A stretch of DNA of 64,000 nucleotides, taken from IMG/VR virus record IMGVR_UViG_3300045988_052681. One strand, written 5' to 3'. A program made the translations under genes and the position numbers. Under the pieces are notes generated by a model that searched no databases, was not told the DNA's origin, and was given only the letters and a program-made list of their open reading frames with translations. Positions within the stretch are counted from its first letter, which is position 1. The number at the start of each line of letters is the position of its first letter. Positions 43,930 to 53,360 of the stretch are shown here, piece by piece. Source of the stretch: a virus.

Positions 43930-45941
43930 CAGAAATTGACTTTTAAAGTTCTACTAAATGTTCCGTCCACTTTAACAATAACGGAATTACGCATAGTAGA
44001 TGAGAATCCTAATCCACTCAATTGATGTTCTTGGTAAGGAGTCTTCATCTTATCAGCTAGAACCTCAAATACCTTACGGTGAGGAGTTAGCTCACTGTTA
44101 AGATATTCGTTAAAGAATCCACGAACAGGCTCCGGATTCTTGCAATCATCCAACATAAAGAAGTAATGTTTATTGCCAATACCCTGCTCATCCCAATAAT
44201 TGGGAGACAGCATCATCACGTTCACCTTATGGAACTTGTTAGTATCAATATTCCATATGCCTATTGACGAATTGCTAGTACTGGGTATTAGCTCTCTTAT
44301 TTGGATGCCTTTAGATTTACTATAAGTAATCTCGGCCACTTTAACATTCTCTTTATGTTTAACGGGTTTGTCATAGACAAATTGTCGGACTTCTCCATTG
44401 TGTTCTATTTCCAATGTAAATCCTGTATCAACAGATTCTCTACAATGAAAGTTATTAACATACACAACATACTTACCTTCAAGCATCTTACGTTCGTCAA
44501 CCCATATGATGTTCTCAACGGGTTTGCGAGTTTTGCCATATCCGGCATTTTCATCCACGTCTAGCTTACCACCACTTCTGCCGATTCTGTTGGAGTAATA
44601 AATTTCAAGATTATTAGGTTCAACGACATGCAAATCCAAGTCATCATAGTTAGACCATGCCAACGAACATCTTAAGAAGCCTTCAGTCTGACCACCAGCA
44701 GCTCTTACTTTCTCTTTAATAGAATCAGCTACTCCTCCATTATATGTCCAAGCAAAGTTATTTGGCCATTTAAATAGATTCTTAGCATCCTTATTAACAG
44801 GAGCTGTAAGAGTTACTAAGTTATTAGACAGCCTACTCTCCATTAACACTTCTATGTTAGTGGCAGTGGGTACCACATTAGCAATGAAATCATCAATGCT
44901 AATTTCAGTTAACTTGTCAAACTTCTTAGGATTAACTTTAGTGTCTGCGGCCAGTTCCTCGAATATGTTTCCGGCCATTACCTTCTTGGCATCACGGTTA
45001 GCGAATATAACATTGTTGACTGTTATATCCTCTAAGGCAGCATGTCTACGAGGTAGAGAATCCATAAGACCTAGTTCCTGCACTTTCTTCTGTGCTTCCT
45101 CAATCATTCTTTTAGTAACAATTGACTTAGGTCTTTGATAGTTCTCTGGAGCCATGATACGTTCGTATGCAGTCACACAATCGTCCAATTCAAGTCCTGA
45201 TGATATATTTACCAACAATGTACCAATTGCCGTATTACGAATGCGTGCACATCCTACACGATTGAAGTTTGCCCAACACCAGTTGTCTTTCTCTTCATCA
45301 GGTAATGAATCATAGTGTCTTTTATGACCCAGGAATACACTTAAGTCATTTTTAAACTGTTCTCCTCTATATAAAGCATTCTGACCTATTAAGTCCAGAA
45401 CTGTTTCTATAGAATCGACAGTTAATTCCTCCAGTGCACGTTTGAACACTTCCTTAGTTGTGCGTAAAGTCCCCATTACAGCAGATACGGATTCAGTTCC
45501 TGTATACACCAATTGATTTGGCATATGATAATAGAGATGATTCCAGGTAATTACTTTAGGACCTTGCAAACTGTCAATATAGACATTGTTTCTATCAATT
45601 CCTAGTTCATAATCACGAGTGATAAAAACATCTACAACTGGTTTTGATTTCACTAATGCATCGAGATTTCTAGCTACAGTAGCATAAGGTTCATCCAACT
45701 GTAGGTTCTCCCACATGGTTACTACTTTATTGTCTTTAATGGCGACAACTCTACCATAATGTCTGATATAATGTTTACAATTGTTGCAATTATGAGACTG
45801 TCTCTCTTCCTCCGGAAAGGAATTAAGATAACAATCCCATAATGCATCCTTGTCTACATTAGTCAGAAAGAGCATGTCTGCACCAGCAGCTAGTCGATTA
45901 AACTGCGCATGGACTGCTCTTTTAAACTTGACAAATTCCAT
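43929..45941 (-). CDS. hypothetical large protein (670 aa) with N-terminal Cys/His cluster
   Basis: SHNCNNCKHYIRHYG zinc-binding-like cluster; no other motif recognised. Confidence 0.45.
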   Translation of the reverse strand: MEFVKFKRAVHAQFNRLAAGADMLFLTNVDKDALWDCYLNSFPEEERQSHNCNNCKHYIRHYGRVVAIKDNKVVTMWENLQLDEPYATVARNLDALVKSKPVVDVFITRDYELGIDRNNVYIDSLQGPKVITWNHLYYHMPNQLVYTGTESVSAVMGTLRTTKEVFKRALEELTVDSIETVLDLIGQNALYRGEQFKNDLSVFLGHKRHYDSLPDEEKDNWCWANFNRVGCARIRNTAIGTLLVNISSGLELDDCVTAYERIMAPENYQRPKSIVTKRMIEEAQKKVQELGLMDSLPRRHAALEDITVNNVIFANRDAKKVMAGNIFEELAADTKVNPKKFDKLTEISIDDFIANVVPTATNIEVLMESRLSNNLVTLTAPVNKDAKNLFKWPNNFAWTYNGGVADSIKEKVRAAGGQTEGFLRCSLAWSNYDDLDLHVVEPNNLEIYYSNRIGRSGGKLDVDENAGYGKTRKPVENIIWVDERKMLEGKYVVYVNNFHCRESVDTGFTLEIEHNGEVRQFVYDKPVKHKENVKVAEITYSKSKGIQIRELIPSTSNSSIGIWNIDTNKFHKVNVMMLSPNYWDEQGIGNKHYFFMLDDCKNPEPVRGFFNEYLNSELTPHRKVFEVLADKMKTPYQEHQLSGLGFSSTMRNSVIVKVDGTFSRTLKVNF

Positions 45942-45945
45942 AATC

Positions 45946-46812
45946 TTATAAAGGTTTAATATTGTCGAATATATTGTCTTCGGCTTCTACTCCCCATTTA
46001 GAGTGAATCATTACCCCTATTGGAGTTACTTGAAATACAAATGGGTCATTATTGATAGGAATAATCTTCCTTTCCGGAACTGTAAACTGCATCGTTTCAT
46101 TCATTTCTTCAATAGGAGCGGCAATGAATAAGTCAGCACTGCTACATTCTTTTGAATCAGCAATGTTCACGTCATGTGCCTTGGCTTTATTAAGGATATG
46201 AAAGAATGGATATGCATTCATTCTAGCCTTATTTCTACTCAAATACATAAGTCCAATATGGGAAGGTTCCTGCCTAATGAAGTACCTTCCAACCGGATAG
46301 GACATGCTATCAATAGGCATAGGGTGAGTAGCAACTTGCATACCAGTAACATACCGTAAAGGTGAACCGTTTCCGCTATAGTTAACATACTCATTTGCTT
46401 CAAGTGCTTGAGCAGTGGCCATTACCTTAGAGATTTCATCAATGTTCTCGTCAGGCACAGAACCTTTATAAGCTGATAGTCTTCCAACAACTAATCCATA
46501 CTTAACATTCAGATTAATGAAATCCTCCTCCTTAAGTATCAATGAGCCAGGGAAATGTCTTTGCAAAAAGCTATAACATTTTAAGACTTTAAGGTCCTCT
46601 TCCGAAGTGATAGCATCACCTACTTCTTTAGAATTAGTAAATCCTAAAGCTTTCAGTTTGACAGCCTTATCAACTAGTTGATGATTCGGATTCAGACCCT
46701 TAATAGTCTTCATGTACTCTACAGCCATTAGAGTATAAGCTAATTGCACTTCTTGGGCTGTGAATCTCTTTGTGCCTACAGACGTATCTGTAGAAGGACT
46801 AAAATTGTTCAT
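45946..46812 (-). CDS. hypothetical protein, paralog of 42991..43929
   Basis: KYGLVVGRLSAYKGSVPDENIDEI and C-terminal GVMIHSKWGVEAEDNIFDN align with the other copy. Confidence 0.45.
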   Translation of the reverse strand: MNNFSPSTDTSVGTKRFTAQEVQLAYTLMAVEYMKTIKGLNPNHQLVDKAVKLKALGFTNSKEVGDAITSEEDLKVLKCYSFLQRHFPGSLILKEEDFINLNVKYGLVVGRLSAYKGSVPDENIDEISKVMATAQALEANEYVNYSGNGSPLRYVTGMQVATHPMPIDSMSYPVGRYFIRQEPSHIGLMYLSRNKARMNAYPFFHILNKAKAHDVNIADSKECSSADLFIAAPIEEMNETMQFTVPERKIIPINNDPFVFQVTPIGVMIHSKWGVEAEDNIFDNIKPL

Positions 46813-46932
46813 AATTACTTTTGTTTAACTGAACCTGGTCTGGTAGTAGCTCTCTTAAATGAATCAGAGTGCTTATCCCACCAAGCCTGTCGGTCTTTAA
46901 GACGTTGTACTTTCTTCTTGTATTTCATAGGT

Positions 46933-47340
46933 TTATCCTATTTCGTTACTAGCATTATAAGCAAGCTTGTCGGCTTCCTTATTATGTTCATCACTTGCGT
47001 GACCTTTACACCACTCAACAGACACTACTTTATGCCTGTTCACAGCCTTATCAAGACGTTCCCACAAATCAGTATTGGCTTTCCTCTTCCACCCTTTAGT
47101 AAGAGTTCCTACAATATACATAGAATCTGTTACTATTGTAATTTCAGAAGGTTCCTTTATGGATTCCAGGGCAACTATGGCAGCCATTTGCTCCATTCGC
47201 TGATTGGTGCTGTTCTTATACATCTTACTGTATTGGAATATCTTCTTGTCATCCTCTAAAATGACAAAGCCTATTCCCCCTTGATTTCTCGCAGGAGAAT
47301 AGGCACCATCACAGTATATTCTGTACTTATGCGTCGGCAT
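46933..47340 (-). CDS. rnh: ribonuclease H (RNase HI)
   Basis: YCDGAY..., TNQRMEQMAAIVAL, TDSMY, ANTDLW, WCKGHASDEHNKEADKLA = RNase HI catalytic DEDD framework; start placed at MPTHKY. Confidence 0.8.
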   Translation of the reverse strand: MPTHKYRIYCDGAYSPARNQGGIGFVILEDDKKIFQYSKMYKNSTNQRMEQMAAIVALESIKEPSEITIVTDSMYIVGTLTKGWKRKANTDLWERLDKAVNRHKVVSVEWCKGHASDEHNKEADKLAYNASNEIG

Positions 47341-47857
47341 TAGGATTCTCAACAAAATCCTCATCATCCTCATCTTCTTCAGTTTCGGATATGACATCTT
47401 CATCAATAAGGTGCTTAACCCACATACCTAAGATAAAGATGACATAGAATTTGTCTTCCTCCTGTTTGTAGTTAACCTTGTCAGAGACTTCATTAACTAC
47501 ATCTAACATTGTGAACTCCTCTTTAGCCATAGCATCATCAGCTATAGCAGACATTTCTTCTACATAAGGTCTAGCCTTCTGCATTGCTTCGTCAAAACTC
47601 TTTACTAAGGCTATGCCTTCATCACCTCTAATTTGCATAGCAACAGATAGAGGTTGTTGCAATTCATTTCTAAAGAAGCCCAAATAGAAAGCTTTCTCTA
47701 CATTTCCGTTCACGAAGTCATTGAAAGATTTAGCTTTCATTACTTCTTCTACTTTGAAATTAATTTCTGATACGTCTCTGATTTTGTCCATAATGTTATG
47801 ATAGCAACCCACCAATCTTCTCGGCCATGGCTGTTGCTTTGTTAGAAACTGCTTCAA
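47327..47857 (-). CDS. hypothetical acidic protein
   Basis: 176-aa ORF with D/E-rich C-terminus. Confidence 0.4.
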   Translation of the reverse strand: MKQFLTKQQPWPRRLVGCYHNIMDKIRDVSEINFKVEEVMKAKSFNDFVNGNVEKAFYLGFFRNELQQPLSVAMQIRGDEGIALVKSFDEAMQKARPYVEEMSAIADDAMAKEEFTMLDVVNEVSDKVNYKQEEDKFYVIFILGMWVKHLIDEDVISETEEDEDDEDFVENPNADA

Positions 47858-48079
47858 GGTTTGCAGCTTCAGTTTGTAATTCGATAATCTCTTGTTCTCT
47901 AACCTCTTTCTCTGCTTGAGCTTTAGATGCTACCTCTTTAAGATTGGTAACAGCTTTCTCAAATACATCAATAATCTTAGCTGATTCTTCGGCTAGTGAG
48001 GTACTTGTTACTTTAGCCGGTTCGGCTGATTGTTTCTTTCCAAACATCTTATAGGATTAGAATTACAGGGTTCAGGGTG

Positions 48080-48162
48080 AGCGGCTGTCGGGAATCGAAC
48101 CCAATCTATCACTTGTGCGCATACTAAAATTAGCGATGTGCCCTCCTTTACACTACAGCCGC
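48080..48162 (-). tRNA. tRNA-like gene with canonical acceptor/T-arm but no foldable standard anticodon arm (83 nt)
   Basis: Perfect 7-bp acceptor GCGGCTG/CAGCCGC and T-arm TTGGG-TTCGATT-CCCGA; internal 50 nt (…CGCTAATTTTAGTATGCGCACAAGTG…) gives no 5-bp/7-nt anticodon hairpin in any register. Confidence 0.4.
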
Positions 48163-48303
48163 ATGGAGCAGTGGTTAGAATACTAATAGTCAAACACTAA
48201 TAGTCATTCCTAAAGAGGTGTTCTGCAACCACCCCACAGTCAGCGCTAAACTGCACGTCTTATTACATACGCTCAACTCTGCTTTAGTTGTCATCGCTGG
48301 ACT

Positions 48304-49506
48304 TCACTTAACCCAGATTCCAGCCTGGTCTATACTCTCTCTAGCCATTTCTTGAATAACTCTTTCATAATCAATCCGTTTTACTAATGGATATAGCTGC
48401 CCATATCCGTGATTAACTGTTATATACCTAGATGTTATAGACAGACGATAGTGAGCATTGTTAATTTCGTTAGTAAGATACTCCATAGTTACAGGAGTTA
48501 CTCCGTCACTAAATGTAACAGTTATGCCTGCTTCTATATCTTCTACACTCTTAGTAAGAGCATCTAAGCTACTTTGAATTTCTGCATATCTAGGATTAGG
48601 AATCTGCTCCGTCTCTAAATGCATAAAATGCTTAGATGTTTCACCTATATAACCTCCTTTGCTACATGGAATCGGAAGATAAACCCAGTTGTTATCAAAC
48701 TTAACAGCTTGTTCATAAGCATGAGTTCCAGGTCTAAAGAGTTGCTGGTACGTATCGACTTTAACTACTTCTCTAGTCCCAGGAATTCTACCCTGCTTGC
48801 CGTCTAACCACCACCTTATATAGTCACGAGCATCACGCACATGATATACTGGCAACTCAACTGGAGTACCATTAACCATACACCAATAATGACCTAGCAA
48901 CCTCGGTCTATAAAAGTTAGAGTCTGTTCCATTGGAGTCAGGATTAGAATTGGCAAATCCATAACAGTAATCATAATAGTCTGCTGCTTTATGAGGTTTA
49001 GCAATCTTACCAAACTTGGGCAAAGCATGATTCCTGTTCTCCTTCCATTGCTTGGTGCTAATGTTATATCGACGACCCTTAGGAGTCTGTTCAACAGATT
49101 GTACTAATCCATTATCATCAACTCTAAAGAAAGCTTGTCTCCATCTATAATCGGTGAAGTAGTCGTCTAGGTATTCAGTTTTATCAGTATTCTTAATTGG
49201 CTTAATCCACTCATTCCAGGCTTTGGCTAGCTCTTTATAAGGCTTACCTACATACTTGGCTATGAATTTCACAATTCTGGATTCTTTAACGTATCCATAA
49301 CCGTGGTCCCAAGTTTTGTCTAATACCTTTCTACCGTACCCTCTCTGTGCTGCTACTTCTTTAGACACTCTCAAATTGAAATCAGCATCAAAATCAGCTA
49401 GCGTCACTTTAGTAAGGTGTCTAGGATAGTAACTTGGATTACGAGTATGCTTGCTTTTACGTTTATACTCTTTCCTATGACCAAGTTTAAGTCTTCGTTC
49501 ACTCAT
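48304..49506 (-). CDS. hypothetical protein (basic N-terminus)
   Basis: 400-aa ORF. Confidence 0.45.
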   Translation of the reverse strand: MSERRLKLGHRKEYKRKSKHTRNPSYYPRHLTKVTLADFDADFNLRVSKEVAAQRGYGRKVLDKTWDHGYGYVKESRIVKFIAKYVGKPYKELAKAWNEWIKPIKNTDKTEYLDDYFTDYRWRQAFFRVDDNGLVQSVEQTPKGRRYNISTKQWKENRNHALPKFGKIAKPHKAADYYDYCYGFANSNPDSNGTDSNFYRPRLLGHYWCMVNGTPVELPVYHVRDARDYIRWWLDGKQGRIPGTREVVKVDTYQQLFRPGTHAYEQAVKFDNNWVYLPIPCSKGGYIGETSKHFMHLETEQIPNPRYAEIQSSLDALTKSVEDIEAGITVTFSDGVTPVTMEYLTNEINNAHYRLSITSRYITVNHGYGQLYPLVKRIDYERVIQEMARESIDQAGIWVK

Positions 49507-50421
49507 GTTATAGTATTTTAGTTACTTTACCAAATACGGATTTGGTCCACCCATTAATCTTACCATGATTGTTACCTATAAGAACTCCTCTGTCTCCCTT
49601 AGCTTTGACTAAGTGAGTATAGTATCTACCTTTAACTTTGCAGAATACTATATCACCTACCTCTACATCGCTAAGATTTATAGGACTCAAGACATGCTCT
49701 TGGCCAGATTTGATTAGAGGAGTCATAGAGTTTCCCTTCTCTGAGGTTCTGAAGGATTTTCCTTCGGTCAGTAGTTTCTCCTTGTAATACATCGGCTTTA
49801 GACATTAAATATACAAAGTTTAATCTCTCTTCCATGGTAGAACCATTACTTATTCTTTCAAACAAGGTTAGTTCTTGCCCATTTTTGTAGTTATAGTAAG
49901 ATATCAACTCATTATATCTGGCAGTTTTACTATTCAGTGAAGCTATAGTCATTGGATATCTTCTTAGCACTACTCCCCTATATAAATCAACAAGTTCACC
50001 CAATGAGTTGGCAATCTTTAATAACCTAACTACATTGGGTGAACCGTGTTTCTTGTACCTAATAGCATAACTCTCCAGAGCAGCATCCCAATCATGGAAT
50101 ACGTGTTGAGCTTGAGTTAAATCAATCTCAACTATTTTACGCAGGAACTCTTCTATAGTCATATTAATTAGATATTGTAGGTGATGTTAACTTGTCAATT
50201 AGATTCTTCATTGCTTCTTCACCAGCAGCAAAACCTTCAGAATACCCGATTTTATATGCCTTCTCTATAGATACAGCAACAGCTTCCATGACGCTATTGC
50301 CCTCATACTGTTTCTTTAATTCTTCTAATAGTTCTTTCATAAATCCTCCTTCCTTTAATTATTAGTAGCTTGAGTGGGATTCGAACCCACACGTCCATTT
50401 CTGGACATCAAAATACATCTG

Positions 50422-50506
50422 TGACGCAGAAGGGAATCGAACCCTCAATCCCATAAAGGGCAACGCATTTTAAGTGCGTTTCGTATACCAGTTCCGACAC
50501 TGCGCC
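50422..50506 (-). tRNA. tRNA-Leu (anticodon TAA), class II
   Basis: Acceptor GGCGCAG/CTGCGTC, 3-bp D-stem, anticodon arm ACGCA-CTTAAAA-TGCGT, long variable arm TGCCCTTTATGGGATT, T-arm GAGGG-TTCGATT-CCCTT. Confidence 0.8.
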
Positions 50507-50512
50507 ATCTTA

Positions 50513-51007
50513 TTATTTACCCATGTTCTTGCCACGGTAGTTATCAGTAAAAGCATGACAATTTGGGCAGAGTAATTGTAAATTCTCTGCTCTCAAATCA
50601 TCCTTAATGCCGTTTACATGATGTAATTCTAGAGCAATAGGTTTGCCCATCCACTCTGTATTACCGCAACATTCACATTTGTATTCTTTCACACATTCCT
50701 TTAACAATCTGTCTTTTAAATGATATGTACTTCTATAAGAGGAATGCTCTATTAGAATAGATTCTAACGGTTGTGCTCCTTTTATAGGCTTGTACCTATC
50801 TCCTTGATTCCAAGCTTGTCCAGTCATGTGAGATGTATCTAAGTTAAGTTCACTAATCTTACGCTTTACAGTCTCGTAGTTACTGCCAGCAGGTTTAAGT
50901 CCTAGCTTTCTCATTACTTCTGCATGAGATAGGCTGGTCTTTACTGCTTCAATGAATTGTTCGTCTGTCCATTTTCTCTTACTCATCCTTGTATATTTAA
51001 TACACAA
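50513..51007 (-). CDS. free-standing HNH homing endonuclease
   Basis: C-terminal CECCGN...LELHHVNG...NLQLLCPNCH HNH/zinc motif; sits between tRNA genes. Confidence 0.8.
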   Translation of the reverse strand: MCIKYTRMSKRKWTDEQFIEAVKTSLSHAEVMRKLGLKPAGSNYETVKRKISELNLDTSHMTGQAWNQGDRYKPIKGAQPLESILIEHSSYRSTYHLKDRLLKECVKEYKCECCGNTEWMGKPIALELHHVNGIKDDLRAENLQLLCPNCHAFTDNYRGKNMGK

Positions 51008-51099
51008 AGATAGTAATTAAATTTGAGTCTACCTAATTCATTAAGTTAAAATTTGTGAACACCTGACGCGTCTACCAATTTCGCCATCAAGCCATACCC

Positions 51100-51276
51100 T
51101 TATACTGACATCATGACCTTGATTGTAACTACAATTATCATTCCTATAGTACTTATAGCAGCTATACTTAAGAATATCTTAACCCATTTAAAGTCACAAT
51201 CCCATATAGTTAGTAACATAGCTATTAATGCAGCCACAAATGCAATGACTACAGTAATCATTAATGCTGTTTCCAT
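51100..51276 (-). CDS. small two-TM membrane protein (58 aa, below ORF-track cutoff)
   Basis: METALMITVVIAFVAALIAMLLTIWD...IAAISTIGMIIVVTIKV: two hydrophobic helices. Confidence 0.3.
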   Translation of the reverse strand: METALMITVVIAFVAALIAMLLTIWDCDFKWVKIFLSIAAISTIGMIIVVTIKVMMSV

Positions 51277-51748
51277 ATCAATCTCTTACTAAGTCTATCC
51301 AATTAATTAGGATATGATACAACCACCTCATAATACGTAATCGCAATAAGTGTCAACAAAATCCTTAGCTTCTTTTAAACCACATTTAGCAGATTCTTTT
51401 ACATGCTTAACTGCTTGCAGTTTGGAACCAGTCTGTACAAACTGTTTCATCTTAAAGAAGTCTTCACATGACAAATCAATTGTATTATTCCAACGCTTCC
51501 TGTATGCAAGCATTGCATCACTATACTCTTGAGGATGTTCTGTCCAGGTAATTTGTTGGTCTAATATAACTGTACAAGTTCCATCAAGTATATCATATTC
51601 TCTAGATTCTACGGTGAATTTACCAGCTTCTAACACTACTATATCAGTAGGAAATGGAATCATCTCTGGTGAGATTGATACCTCTTGTACTACTTTATCA
51701 TCTTTTACAAATTTTACAAACATAATCTTTAAGTATTAATTAATAATG

Positions 51749-51822
51749 TGGCGAGAAGGTGACTCGAACACCCAACCTTGCGATTATGAGTCGCACGCTC
51801 TAGCCAGTTGAGCTATCTCGCC
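51749..51822 (-). tRNA. tRNA-Met or tRNA-Ile2 (anticodon CAT), elongator type
   Basis: GGCGAGA/TCTCGCC acceptor, TAGCTCAACTGGCTAGAGC D-arm, anticodon loop CTCATAA, T-arm GGGTG-TTCGAGT-CACCT; the G1-C72 pair argues against an initiator. Confidence 0.8.
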
Positions 51823-51828
51823 ATTAAT

Positions 51829-51930
51829 AAGAACATAAAGCTCATCGTGTCTACATCGTTACCAATGCAACCTTAATACCTCCCGTTTGCTTCACTGCCG
51901 GCTAGTCTGGCTTTGTCTCCTTATGTTCTT
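51829..51930 (-). ncRNA. structured RNA element closed by a 10-bp long-range stem, upstream of tRNA-Met
   Basis: AAGAACATAA (51829-38) pairs perfectly with TTATGTTCTT (51921-30), enclosing 82 nt with internal hairpin GCCGG-CTAGT-CTGGC; lies in a 320-nt ORF-free region. Confidence 0.3.
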
Positions 51931-53008
51931 ATATATGAATAATCCGCCTGGCAGGGCTGCGAGCTGCCTTACCAATTATTGACGTCAGCTAATCTATGGA
52001 ATAGCACGTCTGCTAAACTGAAATAGCCCTATAGTCATTTCTACACCTGCTCACATTTAAGTGGTGGATTACATGTTTATCGGTATTTATCGAACATGCT
52101 GTCTGATGCTTCTTCTCCCCACATAGACACGATAACAATACCTATTTTGGTAGCCCTAAAGCTGACTTATACTTCTTAGACTCGAGAATAGTCCTAAGAG
52201 TTTCTGCATTCTTAGTTCCACCCAGACCTGCTGCTTCTAACTTACCAAGCTCTTCTTTGATTTGCTCGGAATTATCAAAGTCTTGATTGCCTTCTACGTA
52301 CTTCTTATAGTACTCCATAGATGCTGTTACTAAGGCTAAACGTAACGCATCTGCACTCAATTTCTCCATACTATGATAAATGTTCTTTAATATCAATCAT
52401 GTATTTTATACCTTCAATTATCACACATGCTAGCCCGCCAACGAGCATAATGAAGTATAATGCAACAATTAGTGGTTCCCAACCAGTCCCATAATCACTT
52501 CTATTAAGATTAAAGCTAAGCCTATTAGGCTTGTTATTAATAAAAGCTCTATCATAGGTTGGTTTGTCTACACGTAGTTTAAACTGATTGTCTCTACCGT
52601 CAGCTATTAGTGTAAGCTCATATACAGTATGCGTCTGTTGATTAACTGTTTCGGTATAACAGTCCTTAGCAACTACTGTAGTCCACACAGGTTTGTCAAT
52701 ACAGGTTTCTTTAACTAGGTTAGATTTACATCCTCCTAGTCCTACTAAGCACACCACCAGCCATATTACTATCAAAGTTGCATGTCTGAAAGTGTTAGCT
52801 GACGGTCTCATATCAACAATTGTTGGCATCCTCTGTCAGTAATTTAGTTGCTTTATCCATTCCTAACTCGTAAGCTTCAGCAATTAATACTGCCACACTT
52901 GCTATAGAAAGCTTACCACCGTTGTCCTCTGCTACGTTAGCTGCATTTTCAAGCAGCTCACTTAAAGTTTCTACCATAATTAAATACATTTAATAGTTAA
53001 TAATCTAG

Positions 53009-53090
53009 TAGGGTAGGTGAGACTCGAACTCACACGCCCGAAGACACTTGGGCCTAAACCAAGCCTGTCTGCCAATTCCAGCACTACCCC
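53009..53090 (-). tRNA. tRNA-Leu (anticodon TAG), class II
   Basis: Acceptor GGGGTAG/CTACCCT, D-arm CTG-GAATTGGCAGA-CAG (cf. E. coli Leu GAATTGGTAGA), anticodon arm CTTGG-TTTAGGC-CCAAG, 13-nt variable arm, T-arm GTGAG-TTCGAGT-CTCAC. Confidence 0.8.
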
Positions 53091-53360
53091 ATTGTTACTT
53101 CATCAAGTTAATAAATTCATCTTCATGTCCCTTATAGTATCGCTGGAGATATGCAATATACACAGCTTCGTCCTTAACTATTTGAGGGAATTTGGATTCA
53201 AATTGTTCTACTTTCTCTTCTCCTACTATACTTACATGAAAGTCTCTAGGTGTGTTATCCACCTTAGTTGCAGACATTAATAAGACTAATAGGAATACCA
53301 ATAAATGTTTCATTTAGTTGTTAATAAAAGGAGAGCGAGATTACTCCCGCCCTCCAAGGT

